This document shows positions 1 to 9,225 of a stretch of 64,000 nucleotides of DNA, one piece after another; position 1 is the stretch's first letter, and each line of letters opens with the position of its first letter. The position numbers were made by a program, and so were the translations under genes. Source of the stretch: Candidatus Kuenenia stuttgartensis (GTDB taxonomy: Bacteria > Planctomycetota > JAKEIC01 > DYIT01); NCBI GenBank assembly GCA_020723505.1, contig DYIT01000003.1, forward strand, positions 29,893-93,892, in the 5' to 3' direction. The notes beneath the pieces were generated by a model. It saw only the letters and a program-made list of their open reading frames with translations, did not search any database and was not told where the DNA came from.

Positions 1-2441
1 TCGACGAGCGCCTTCTCGTAGGATTCCTGGGCGGAAGAGAACTGGAACAGCTTCCACTTGTCCCCGGCTTCCCTCATGTAGCAGGCGAACAGCCCCCTGC
101 CGGCCTCGGCTTCCAATGCCGACTTGGGGCCGGCCAGCCTCCTGGCCTCGAGGAAATGCCTCGCGGCGTCCGCATACCTGGGCGTCTTGGACCCGATGCA
201 GGCGTTCGCCGCGCGCAGATGGAGCTCAGGATTCCCGGGATCACGCGCGATCCGGGCGAGAATGTCCCTGTATATGCTCTCTATGTCGAAGAACGAGGTT
301 ATGCCCCTCGGCCCCGCCGAGACCAGGACGCCGTCCGTTATCACGAGGTTGCCGGCCTCGGACGCGTCCGGCCGGCTCCAGGCTTTCTTGGCGATTTTCG
401 TGCCCTTCTCGGCGTCGAACAGGTACAGGGCCATGCCGGTCGGGACGTATGCGACGCCCTTCGAGACCGTCCCCCTGCCGCGGCTGTATTCGAACGAGGC
501 GCGCTGGTCGAATTCCGCGGTCCATACCGAGGCGCCCGTCCTCAGGTTGAGAGCCTCGACCTTGGACCCCGACAGGAAGACCTTCCCCTGCGTGGCGCCG
601 AGGACGTAGAAATGGCCGGTCGCCATTGCGTCCGATCCGTCGAAGTACCCCCCCCTTCTCGGCGTCCGGCGGCTGTTCTCCTTCTTCCACAAGGGCTCGC
701 CGGTGGCGGGGTCGAGCCCGTAAATGAGGGGCGAGTCGGTGGGCGTGACGACCACGGCGGATTCGGAGGCGATGACCGGATTGTTGTACCACTGGGGCGG
801 CGTCTTGTGCGTCATGAGGTCGGGCGCGAGCTCGGACTCGACGCTCTTGTAACGGAAAAGCCATTTGCGCGTTCCCGTGTCGGCGTCCAGGCACGCGACG
901 ACGCCGAGGTTGGTGCAGTAGTAGAGGAGGCCGTTCCTGAGGCTCACCGAGGACCCGAAGGACTCGCGCACCTGCCTCCCGAACATGTTGAGCTCGTTCT
1001 GGCCCGAGCAGACGTGCGAAATCCACTGCACCGCGCCCGTGCGGCCGTCGAACTTCACGATGAAGTGCGTAACCGAACCCGTCGCGATCCTCGCGGGCGC
1101 GAAGACGTCCCCGCCAGATGCGCATGGCGCGGCGAAGAAACTGAGCCTGTCCGCGAGCGCGACCGCGTGCTGCCTGCCGCCCGCGCTCCAGAGGAGCTCG
1201 CCGGTCGCGGCGTCCAGGGCCATGAGCCTCCGGTGCGGTATGTCCTGGATGACCGTGATGAAGTTCTGCCAGATCTTCGATTTGATTTCGGACGAGTCGA
1301 ACGGGATGGCCATGGGCGCGTAGAAAACCCCGCCGTGCACCGTGCCGGTGTACGTGGCGTTGGGCTCGAATTTCTCGTCGTCGAAATCCGCCGGAGGATG
1401 GGGCGACCTGTACCGCCACGCCACTTCCCAGTCCTTCAGCATGTTCAGGGCCAGGAACTCGATGCCGTTGTGCACGTAGACGACGCCGTTGCGGGAGACG
1501 GGCTGGAAAGGCCTGAAAACGTCCCTCAGGAAGAAGATATTGGAGAACAGGGAATCGGTCTGGTTGCCGTCGCCCCTGGTCATCGGCACCTCGGGGAGGT
1601 CCCTTGACGACTGTCTGGTGAGGTTCTGGATGTCCCCGTCCGCGGCGCGGCACGCCGAGGCATCGCCGCCGAAGAACGGCCAGCCGCCCTCAGCCGGCGG
1701 CACGCCGGTCGCGGCAACCCTCGTCAGCGCCTTGCGGAGCGTCTCGCAGAGGTCGGCTTCCCTCCCCTGGAACCGGAGCTTGGCCGCGCCGGGAGCCGCG
1801 GAAAGCCTCGCGACCACGCCGCCCTGGGGCGGCGCCTGTCCCGTCCTCGCGTGGCAGACCGCCATCATCGCCGCGTCCCTGGCCCATCTGGCCTCGTCGG
1901 GCCCGGCGAACCTGAACAGGTGATTGAGCATGCGGAGGGCCTTCTCGTGCTCCCCCCTGCGGAAATGGATTCTCGCCGCTCCTTCGGCGGCCAGGAGGCC
2001 CGCGGCCGTCGCTGGGTAGGTCCTTGCGAGGCCGGCGAGGCCCCGCGGGTCCCTCTCATCCTCCAAATCCGCCGCCTTGGCCGCGGCAGCCCCGGAATAC
2101 AGGACCTCGTATATTCTCCTCGCCTCCGGCGGGAAAGACGCTATCCTCGACAGCACGTGCTCGGCGGCCGACGTCATCCGGTCCTGCCCGGCGGGCACGA
2201 GCGAGTCGGGGAATTCGAGAAGCACCCTCTGGCACGCCGGCACGGCCCGCTGGAAGTCGCACGCCGCGAGCCAGGCGTCAGCCTTTGCGATTAGGTCCGC
2301 GGCCTCGTCCCTGCCCTTGAGCATGATGTCGCGCCACGGGTTGTCGGAAGCCTCCTCCGCCCCTGCGGAGAGGGCCGCGAGCAACAGCAGCGCCGCTGCC
2401 GCGGCATGGGATGACGCCGTCCTGAGTTTCATCCGAAGCAT
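1..2441 (-). CDS. Secreted TPR + PQQ-like beta-propeller repeat protein (BamB/PQQ-propeller family), partial. The start is at 2441 and the 3' end runs off the window start.
   Basis: Not in the ORF track. Manual minus-strand translation from ATG 2441 gives MLRMKLRTASSHAAAAALLLLAALSAGAEEA (signal peptide), then TPR-like helices. Propeller repeats of the A.D..TG...W type follow (GLLYYCTNLGVVACLDADTGTRKWLF, LIYGLDPATGEPLWKK, GHFYVLGATQGKVFL, VAYVPTGMALYLFDAEKG). The frame stays open to position 1. It is co-directional with, and 20 bp downstream of, the vWA gene. Confidence 0.75.
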   Translation of the reverse strand, partial: MLRMKLRTASSHAAAAALLLLAALSAGAEEASDNPWRDIMLKGRDEAADLIAKADAWLAACDFQRAVPACQRVLLEFPDSLVPAGQDRMTSAAEHVLSRIASFPPEARRIYEVLYSGAAAAKAADLEDERDPRGLAGLARTYPATAAGLLAAEGAARIHFRRGEHEKALRMLNHLFRFAGPDEARWARDAAMMAVCHARTGQAPPQGGVVARLSAAPGAAKLRFQGREADLCETLRKALTRVAATGVPPAEGGWPFFGGDASACRAADGDIQNLTRQSSRDLPEVPMTRGDGNQTDSLFSNIFFLRDVFRPFQPVSRNGVVYVHNGIEFLALNMLKDWEVAWRYRSPHPPADFDDEKFEPNATYTGTVHGGVFYAPMAIPFDSSEIKSKIWQNFITVIQDIPHRRLMALDAATGELLWSAGGRQHAVALADRLSFFAAPCASGGDVFAPARIATGSVTHFIVKFDGRTGAVQWISHVCSGQNELNMFGRQVRESFGSSVSLRNGLLYYCTNLGVVACLDADTGTRKWLFRYKSVESELAPDLMTHKTPPQWYNNPVIASESAVVVTPTDSPLIYGLDPATGEPLWKKENSRRTPRRGGYFDGSDAMATGHFYVLGATQGKVFLSGSKVEALNLRTGASVWTAEFDQRASFEYSRGRGTVSKGVAYVPTGMALYLFDAEKGTKIAKKAWSRPDASEAGNLVITDGVLVSAGPRGITSFFDIESIYRDILARIARDPGNPELHLRAANACIGSKTPRYADAARHFLEARRLAGPKSALEAEAGRGLFACYMREAGDKWKLFQFSSAQESYEKALV

Positions 2442-2460
2442 GATTGACCCGCCCCGGCGG

Positions 2461-4920
2461 CTACAGGAGCCTCCTGCGCTTCCGGTATATCCATTCCGCG
2501 CACAGCACCGCCACGACCGCCCCGAAGACCACCCACGTGTCCCACAGCTTGTGCACGCTCTCCACGCCAGACATCGTCTGCTCCCTCTTCTCGATGAGCG
2601 GCGGAATCTTCCCGATGTCGTGGAGGAAATGGAACGAGCCGCCCGACAGCTTCGAGGCGGTGTCGAGGTCGGCCTTGTTCATGACCGGGTTCTCGAACTC
2701 ACGGAGAGGGACCTTGACCGTGAAAGTCGTCTCGGCCACCCGCTTGAGCCCCTCCCCGGGAATCGTCTCCTCGATGTAGGCGTGGTGCAGCCCCAGCTGG
2801 TCGAGCGACACCACGTCCTCGAAGGTCCCTTCGGCGCCCGCCTTGGGCGCGAGCGCGAGCGTCTTCTTCTCGCCGTTCGGGAGGTTCAGGACCACCGGCT
2901 GCTCGGCCTTGAACCTGGCCGGCCTGTAGTTCTCGTCAAGGACCTTGGCCGTGAGCCGCGCCGAGTCGCCCACGACGTACTCGGAGTTCTCGACGGAAAG
3001 CGAGAAGCGCTTCTTCTCGCCAAGGAGGTGCTGCTGCCCGACGAACTTGATGACCTGCCTCCAGAACCTGTAGAACCTGAGGTCGCCGTACTTGTAGCAC
3101 CACATCCAGGTCGAGTCCGCGGCCGAAATGAAGGTCTTGCCGGCGCCGTAGTACTGGAACGCGAATATCACGTCGCGCTCGTCGAAGGCTGAACCCGGCG
3201 GCTCGTCGCGGTGCCTCGCTAGCACGGTCGCCCCGGGCTTCTCCTTGAGCCTCGGATAGTGCCAGTAGAAGCCCGGCAGCCCGAACTCTGGATCCACCCA
3301 GAGCTTCCTGTTCAAATCCGGGTCCGAGTGGAGGCGCATGACGGGGTGCGTCCACCCCTCCGGCGTGAGCGCCGGCATCTTCGCCTCCTCCACCGGCCCG
3401 CGGGACGCCAGAGCCTCGTCCCCCGTGGGGAGCATCACCGGCAGAAGGCTCTCGACCGGAGTGCCGGCGAACACCCGCGGGGCCGAATTCTCGCCGCAAA
3501 TCATGACGAATCCACCGCCGTGGAGCCGCACGAACTCCTCTATCCATTTGAGCTGGTTCTCGGGCTGGCGGAAGATCCGCTGGCTCATCTCGGGATTGAT
3601 GTCCCCGAAGATGATTACGTCGAATTTGAACAGCTCCTGCCTCGTCTCGGGGAAGACCGACATCTCCTCGACGTCGGCCACGGGGCTCTTCTCCTGCGGG
3701 AAGTTGTGGTCGGCCTCTATCAGGAGACAGTTCACGAACATGGTCCTGTCGCGTATCAGCGCGTTCTTGAGGCGCCTGTATTCCCACCTCGGGTACGTGT
3801 CGACGTAGAGAACCCGTATCTTGTCGTCCACTACGTTGAGCACGACCGAAACCTCGTTGTTCTCTATGATTGTCTCGTCCTTCTGCACCGGGACCTCGAC
3901 CGTGAACGTGTATTTCCCCGGCTTGTCGGGCTTGTGGATGATCTTCTCCTGCTGCTCGGCCCCGCTCTCCCCGAAGTAGATCCCCTTCGCCTCCACCTCC
4001 TGGTCCCCCAGCTTGAGCCTCAGTGCCGCAGGCTGGTGCTCGTACCCGTGCTGCCTTATGGTCACCCCGACCTCCCATTCGTCCCCGACGAGGATGGTCT
4101 CGGCCGCCTGGGGATTGCGTACCTCGATGTCCCTGGGCTCGTCCGGCGATCCGACGCCCACCGTGAATATGGGAATCGGTATGTCCAGCGCCGCCACCTT
4201 CCTCGCAGCCTCGGCGGCGGTCGTCGTCCCCGCGTTCTCGCAGCCGTCCGAGACCAGCACCACCGCCGCGACAATCTGCCCCTTGAGCTCGTTCACGGCC
4301 TCGATGACGCTGTCCCCTATCTTCGTCACCCTGCCCGTCGGCTTGAGGTCCTCGTGCCGCACGTCCTGCCTCAGGCTCGAGGAGAACGAGCAGGTCTTGA
4401 GCCTGTGCGACTTCTGCAGCGCGTCGAGGAAGTCGGCCCTGCGGGCGGACAGGACGCCCTTGAGCAGGTCCATCCTGCTCATGTTCTGGAGCCTTTCGCT
4501 CTCCTCCGGCGTGAGCAGCCTGTCGGCCTCCACAAGGCCTGCCGCCAGCGCAAGCCTCGACTTGTCCTCCTCCCTGAAGTAGCGGTCCTTGAACTCCATG
4601 CTCAGGGAATCGTCCACGAGGAGCAGCACGAACGATTTCCTGCTCAGGTGCTTCTCGACCGCGACAACCGGATTGAAGAGCATGGAGAGGATGAGCATGA
4701 CCGCGATGAAACGGAGGGACGCCATGGCCGCGCGCGAAACAGCGGAGGCGGTCCCGGATTCCCGCCTGTAGAAGACGTAGACGAACCCGATTACGAGCGG
4801 AACGATGACGAGAAGCACGACCCAGAGGGGCGGAGCCGAGGCCCACCTGAGCGACCAGGTCGAGTCCTGCGAGACCGCCACCCCCTTCGTTCCGAGGATG
4901 AAGTCAACAAGCGAGTCCAT
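2461..4920 (-). CDS. Membrane-anchored vWA-domain protein with a C-terminal class-I glutamine amidotransferase-like (ThuA-like) domain (BatB-like component of the MoxR/Bat operon).
   Basis: 819-aa ORF. It has an N-terminal TM pair, a vWA DxSxS motif (LLLVDDSLSM) and a GATase1-like region (VLYVDTYPRWEYRRL...IIFGD). A C-terminal TM helix carries a basic tail. It is 5 bp downstream of the BatA-like gene. Confidence 0.85.
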   Translation of the reverse strand: MDSLVDFILGTKGVAVSQDSTWSLRWASAPPLWVVLLVIVPLVIGFVYVFYRRESGTASAVSRAAMASLRFIAVMLILSMLFNPVVAVEKHLSRKSFVLLLVDDSLSMEFKDRYFREEDKSRLALAAGLVEADRLLTPEESERLQNMSRMDLLKGVLSARRADFLDALQKSHRLKTCSFSSSLRQDVRHEDLKPTGRVTKIGDSVIEAVNELKGQIVAAVVLVSDGCENAGTTTAAEAARKVAALDIPIPIFTVGVGSPDEPRDIEVRNPQAAETILVGDEWEVGVTIRQHGYEHQPAALRLKLGDQEVEAKGIYFGESGAEQQEKIIHKPDKPGKYTFTVEVPVQKDETIIENNEVSVVLNVVDDKIRVLYVDTYPRWEYRRLKNALIRDRTMFVNCLLIEADHNFPQEKSPVADVEEMSVFPETRQELFKFDVIIFGDINPEMSQRIFRQPENQLKWIEEFVRLHGGGFVMICGENSAPRVFAGTPVESLLPVMLPTGDEALASRGPVEEAKMPALTPEGWTHPVMRLHSDPDLNRKLWVDPEFGLPGFYWHYPRLKEKPGATVLARHRDEPPGSAFDERDVIFAFQYYGAGKTFISAADSTWMWCYKYGDLRFYRFWRQVIKFVGQQHLLGEKKRFSLSVENSEYVVGDSARLTAKVLDENYRPARFKAEQPVVLNLPNGEKKTLALAPKAGAEGTFEDVVSLDQLGLHHAYIEETIPGEGLKRVAETTFTVKVPLREFENPVMNKADLDTASKLSGGSFHFLHDIGKIPPLIEKREQTMSGVESVHKLWDTWVVFGAVVAVLCAEWIYRKRRRLL

Positions 4921-4925
4921 CTGTC

Positions 4926-7157
4926 CTACCGGGCGTAATTGCCGAACCTCTGGGCAAGAATGGTCTCAAGCGCAAGGAAGATGATAACAATCACGAGGAG
5001 GTGCCGCCAGAACTCCGCCCCGCCCGAGACCTCCTGCCTGGCCTGGCCCGACGACGCCCCTTGGAACGCGAGCTTGCCCCGGGCCTGCGGCGGAAAAGCC
5101 AGCCGGAGCTCCTCCTCGGTCATCCTGGCGAGGTTGCTCTCCTGCGGGTCGACGTTGACGCCGAAGAGGTCGCTGACCGTCTTCGCGCCCTCGATTCTAA
5201 TCTCGTAGAACCCGGTCTGGTCCACGGGGCCGTAGGCGATGCCGAAGCGGTTGTTTCCGAGTTTCCTCGGAGGATCGAGAGCCGTCCTGCCTCCGGACGG
5301 CAGGACCACGGACACGTTCTCCGAGAACTCGTGCTGCGTCAGGATCTTCTGTATCGTGCCTCCGACGCCCACGTTCCTCCCCGCGGCCGCCTCGGACGCG
5401 AGGTAGTAGACCATCTCGTGCACGATAGGCAGGAATACGAAATTCGCGGGGAGCTTGGTCCACTCGCGGTCGCACGTGCTCGTGAACATCATGATGCGGC
5501 CGTGCCCCAGTGCCTTCTCCGCGATGGCCGCGGATTCGGATTCGTCGTCGAAGCGCGCCGCCACCGAGGTCCCCGCCTGCATCCCTTCCTCCGAGGTGCC
5601 GAAGAACGCGGCCGTGTACGGCGCCGTTACGAGCTTCCGGATCTCCACGTCCCCGAAAACCGCGAACACCGGGTGGGCGAAGCTCATGGGCCTCATGGAA
5701 TAGCGGGTCTCGCGGCCGGTCGTAATCTGCGAGAGCTTGAGCGGCAGAATGCCCTCGCCTTCCCTCCAGAGCCTCGAGTTGTAGTCCTCGGGCTTGATTC
5801 GGTCGCCGAGGAATATCAGAAGGGCGCCGCCGCCCTTCACGAAGCTCTCCAGCGCCTCCACCACCTCGAAATCCGACGTGACGAGCCTGCCTTCGTTGGC
5901 GAGGACCACGACCTGATAGCGGCTGAAGTTCGTGTCCGCCGTCACTTCGAAATAGCTCTTGGATTCGGGCCGGATTATGCCCGACCTGGCCGGCTCTCCG
6001 CCTTCGTCCGACGGCATGAGCGCGAGCTTGAGGTAGGCGGTCTCTGACGAGAAGAACCCCTTTTCGCCCTCCTCGAACGGCTCCCCGTCCACCAGCAGCA
6101 CGTCGAGATGCTCCCTCACGGACACGGCAAGGTGCCTCGCGTTGTCCTCGGGGAGGTTGTCCGACGTGAGCTGCACCGTGAGCCCGTGCGGCCCGGGCTG
6201 GGCGAACATCGCGCTGAAATTCACCGAAGCCGTCGACCTCGGGTCCACAGAGACCGGCTTGTTGCCCCGCGGCGACCCGTCGACGATGAACTCCACGTTC
6301 AGGTCCTCCGCCCGCGCAGATCCGAAGTTCTCGATCGTGACTGTGAAGGACGCGGGCTTCTCGACGCCGATTATCCTGTCGTCCGCCTCGAACGACGTGA
6401 CCGCGCAGTTGTCGACCGGCTCCACGCCCGCGTCGAGCACGTTCACCGAATCCACCCCCGCAGCCAGCCTTCCCAGGAGCGTCTCGATGGTCCCCTCCCC
6501 CTCCCCGGCCGCCCCCCTCGTCGTCCATGCGGACCTCTGCATGTCCGTGAGGATGTACACCGATTTGTTCGGAGCCGCGGAGACCTGCGGATTCTCCATC
6601 ATCTCGAGAATCATCGAGATCGCAGGCCTGAGGTCGGTCACGCCTTTCGATGCCGTCATGTTCCCGGCCTCCTCGCGCACCCGGTCCACGTCGGGCGTGG
6701 GCTCGGCGAAAACGGCCTCTGTCATCGAGGAGGCGAGAATCAGCGACACGGAGTCGGACCCCGGCTTGAGCGTCCCCAAAAGCCCCCCGGCCATCCTCTT
6801 CGCGTTCTCGAACGGGCTGCCCCCGCCCTTGCGCAGGTTCATCGAGTACGAGTTGTCCACCACGAGGAAGACCATCCGGTTCTTCTCGCCGATTTCGGCA
6901 AGCGCCGACGCCTGCTTGGCCACCGGTCGCGCCAGGGCGGCGGCCAGGAGCGCCACCGCCGCGACCCTGAGCAGGAGCACGAGGAGGTTTTCCATGCGGA
7001 GCCGCCGGTGCGTCTTCTTGTACGCGCGAAGCAGAAACTCCATCGCCGCCCACCTGACGCGGTTGTAGCGCCTGCGGCTCAGGAGATGGATTATGACCGG
7101 AAGCGCGGCTGCCGCCGCGCCGGCCAGGAAAGCAGGATTTATGAAAAAGTCGGCCAT
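4926..7157 (-). CDS. BatA-like aerotolerance protein (BatA N-terminal helix + vWA domain).
   Basis: The start was moved to ATG 7157 (MADFFINPAFLAGAAAAALPVIIHLL = BatA_N motif). It has the vWA motif FLVVDNSYSM and a C-terminal TM (HLLVIVIIFLALETILAQRFGNYAR). The longer ORF-track N-terminus is Arg-rich junk. Confidence 0.85.
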   Translation of the reverse strand: MADFFINPAFLAGAAAAALPVIIHLLSRRRYNRVRWAAMEFLLRAYKKTHRRLRMENLLVLLLRVAAVALLAAALARPVAKQASALAEIGEKNRMVFLVVDNSYSMNLRKGGGSPFENAKRMAGGLLGTLKPGSDSVSLILASSMTEAVFAEPTPDVDRVREEAGNMTASKGVTDLRPAISMILEMMENPQVSAAPNKSVYILTDMQRSAWTTRGAAGEGEGTIETLLGRLAAGVDSVNVLDAGVEPVDNCAVTSFEADDRIIGVEKPASFTVTIENFGSARAEDLNVEFIVDGSPRGNKPVSVDPRSTASVNFSAMFAQPGPHGLTVQLTSDNLPEDNARHLAVSVREHLDVLLVDGEPFEEGEKGFFSSETAYLKLALMPSDEGGEPARSGIIRPESKSYFEVTADTNFSRYQVVVLANEGRLVTSDFEVVEALESFVKGGGALLIFLGDRIKPEDYNSRLWREGEGILPLKLSQITTGRETRYSMRPMSFAHPVFAVFGDVEIRKLVTAPYTAAFFGTSEEGMQAGTSVAARFDDESESAAIAEKALGHGRIMMFTSTCDREWTKLPANFVFLPIVHEMVYYLASEAAAGRNVGVGGTIQKILTQHEFSENVSVVLPSGGRTALDPPRKLGNNRFGIAYGPVDQTGFYEIRIEGAKTVSDLFGVNVDPQESNLARMTEEELRLAFPPQARGKLAFQGASSGQARQEVSGGAEFWRHLLVIVIIFLALETILAQRFGNYAR

Positions 7158-7224
7158 GCTCAATCGGGCGACTGAGGAATCGATGCGCTGCGCGGGCCCT
7201 TGCGCGCCTCCGCGCCATCCGCTC

Positions 7225-8142
7225 TCAGCCCGCCGCCCCCTTCCTGCGCCGCCCCGACATCCTCGTCGCAAGATACTCGGCCAGCGCCACGTCGAGCAGT
7301 GTGTCGGTGGTTATCTGAACGTAGTCTATGTTGTCCCTTATGCAGCCCTTCCTGAGCTCCGCCGTGAAGGAACCCACCTCCTCGATGTACGCCTTCCTCA
7401 GTGCCTTGGGGTCCGCGAGCAGCTCCGGGTACTCCTCGAGGCCCTCGAAGAGCGTCATCCGCTGGAACGGGAAGGAAACCTCGAAGGGGTCCAGCACGTG
7501 GAAGAGAATGACCTCGTGCTTCTTGTGCCTCAAGTGCCGGAGGCCGAAGAGCACCTTCCTCACGTCGTCGAACAGGTCCGATATCAGCACCACCAGCCCG
7601 CGCTTCCCCATCCTCTCGGCCATGTCGTGGAGTATGATGCCTATGTCCGTCTTCTTCGCGGGTCTGGCCGACTCGATTTCATGGATGACGTGCTTGAGCC
7701 TGGATGGGTGCGAGCTCGGCGGCACGAACGACTCGATGGCGTTGTTGAAGAGGCCGAGCCCCACCGAGTCCTGCTGCCTCAGTATGAGGTACGCCAGGGA
7801 CGCGGCCACGTACGAGCCGTACGCAAGCTTGGTGACCTCCCCGCCGGATCCGTATTCCATGGATTCGCTTACGTCCAGGAGTATGTAGCTTATGAGGTTC
7901 GTCTCCTCCTCGAATTCCTTGATGTAGTAACGGTCCGTCCTGCCGTAAACCTTCCAGTCTATGTGCTTGATTTCGTCCCCGGGCACGTACTCCCGGTGCT
8001 CCGCGAATTCAACGCTGTAGCCGTGGTACGGGCTCTTGTGAAGCCCGGAGACGAAACCCTCAACTATGAGCCTCGCCTTGAGCTCGAGCTTGCTGATTTT
8101 ATTCAGCGTTCTTGGATCCAAGTACTTCTGGTAGTCCGGCAT
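7225..8142 (-). CDS. DUF58 protein (MoxR-associated).
   Basis: [56 protein letters not shown] is a canonical DUF58 N-terminus, with [10 protein letters not shown] strong SD (GAGGGGGAGGGG) lies upstream. It overlaps the MoxR 3' end by 44 nt. Confidence 0.9.
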   Translation of the reverse strand: MPDYQKYLDPRTLNKISKLELKARLIVEGFVSGLHKSPYHGYSVEFAEHREYVPGDEIKHIDWKVYGRTDRYYIKEFEEETNLISYILLDVSESMEYGSGGEVTKLAYGSYVAASLAYLILRQQDSVGLGLFNNAIESFVPPSSHPSRLKHVIHEIESARPAKKTDIGIILHDMAERMGKRGLVVLISDLFDDVRKVLFGLRHLRHKKHEVILFHVLDPFEVSFPFQRMTLFEGLEEYPELLADPKALRKAYIEEVGSFTAELRKGCIRDNIDYVQITTDTLLDVALAEYLATRMSGRRRKGAAG

Positions 8143-9175
8143 CCTTCGCCCCCTCCCCCTCGGCCGGCAGGGTCTCTATCAGCTTTTCCACGATTGCGTC
8201 CCTGGTAACGCCTTCGGCTTCGGCGGAGAAGTTCGTGATTATCCTGTGCCTCAGCACCGGCTTGGCTACCGCCTTTATGTCCTCGGTCGTCACGTAGAAA
8301 CGGCCGTGCAGTATGGCCCTCGCCTTCCCGCCCAGGACGAGATACTGGGTCGCTCGGGGGCCGGCGCCCCACGACACCCAGTCCTTTATGAAGGACGGCA
8401 CCCCGGGCGTCCCGACCCTCGTGCCGCGGGCAAGCCGCATGGCGTAGCGGATGACGTGGTCGGACACCGGCACCTTGCGAACGATTTCCTGGAGGCTGCG
8501 TATCTCATCTCCGCTCAGCACGGTCTTGAGCTCCGCCTCGTAGTTGGCCGTCGTGAGCTTCATGATCTCGAGCTCCTCGTCCTCCGTCGGGTATTCCACC
8601 AGGATGTTGAACATGAACCGGTCCTGCTGCGCCTCGGGGAGGGGATACGTGCCCTCCTGCTCGATTGGATTCTGCGTGGCGAGAACGAAGAAAGGCAGCT
8701 CGATGTCGTGGCGCTTTCCGCCCGCCGTGACCTGGTACTCCTGCATCGACTCGAGCAGCGCCGCCTGCGTCTTCGGAGGCGTGCGGTTGATTTCGTCCGC
8801 GAGGATTATGTTGGCGAATATGGGCCCCCTGAGGAACTTGAACGAGCGCTGCCCCGATCCCTTCTCCTCCTGGATGACCTCCGTGCCCGTTATGTCCGAA
8901 GGCATCAGGTCGGGAGTGAACTGTATCCTGCTGAAGCTCAAGGACAGCGTCCGGGCCAGCGTCTTGATGAGCATCGTCTTCGCGAGACCGGGAACCCCTA
9001 TCAGAAGGCAGTGCCCGCGCGCGAATATCGCAATCAGGACCTGGTCTATGACCTTCTCCTGCCCGACGATCATCTTCCTGAGCTCGGACTTTATGGTGTT
9101 GTATGCGGCGTTGAGCCTCCTCACCGCCTCGATGTCGCCTCCGCCGCCGTCTCTGGCGCCTTCCTGCTGAGCCAT
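8099..9175 (-). CDS. MoxR-family AAA+ ATPase.
   Basis: Walker A GVPGLAKT and Walker B ILADEINR are present, along with [23 protein letters not shown]. The start was set at ATG 9175 (MAQQEG...), preceded by AAGGAGG. The ORF-track N-terminal 58 aa are Arg/Gly junk. Confidence 0.9.
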   Translation of the reverse strand: MAQQEGARDGGGGDIEAVRRLNAAYNTIKSELRKMIVGQEKVIDQVLIAIFARGHCLLIGVPGLAKTMLIKTLARTLSLSFSRIQFTPDLMPSDITGTEVIQEEKGSGQRSFKFLRGPIFANIILADEINRTPPKTQAALLESMQEYQVTAGGKRHDIELPFFVLATQNPIEQEGTYPLPEAQQDRFMFNILVEYPTEDEELEIMKLTTANYEAELKTVLSGDEIRSLQEIVRKVPVSDHVIRYAMRLARGTRVGTPGVPSFIKDWVSWGAGPRATQYLVLGGKARAILHGRFYVTTEDIKAVAKPVLRHRIITNFSAEAEGVTRDAIVEKLIETLPAEGEGAKDAGLPEVLGSKNAE

Positions 9176-9225
9176 GAAGCCTCCTTGTCTTTCCCGAAAA
9201 TGAAATCCGGGCGCCCCAAGCGCCG

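Noticed and set aside
156-1653. Large ORFs 156..1607 (+), 241..1653 (−) and 124..609 (+) from the six-frame track.
   Set aside because: Their translations are Arg/Gly/Pro-rich with no domain motifs. They overlap the manually translated minus-strand TPR/PQQ gene (frame ending at 2441), which shows clean signal-peptide and propeller motifs. They are high-GC frame artefacts.
2077-7218. Long alternative-frame ORFs 2077..3192 (+), 2936..4846 (−), 3259..4938 (+), 5001..6047 (+), 5197..7218 (−) and 6108..7175 (+).
   Set aside because: They overlap the vWA and BatA genes in other frames. Their compositions are dominated by R/G/P/A with no recognisable motifs.
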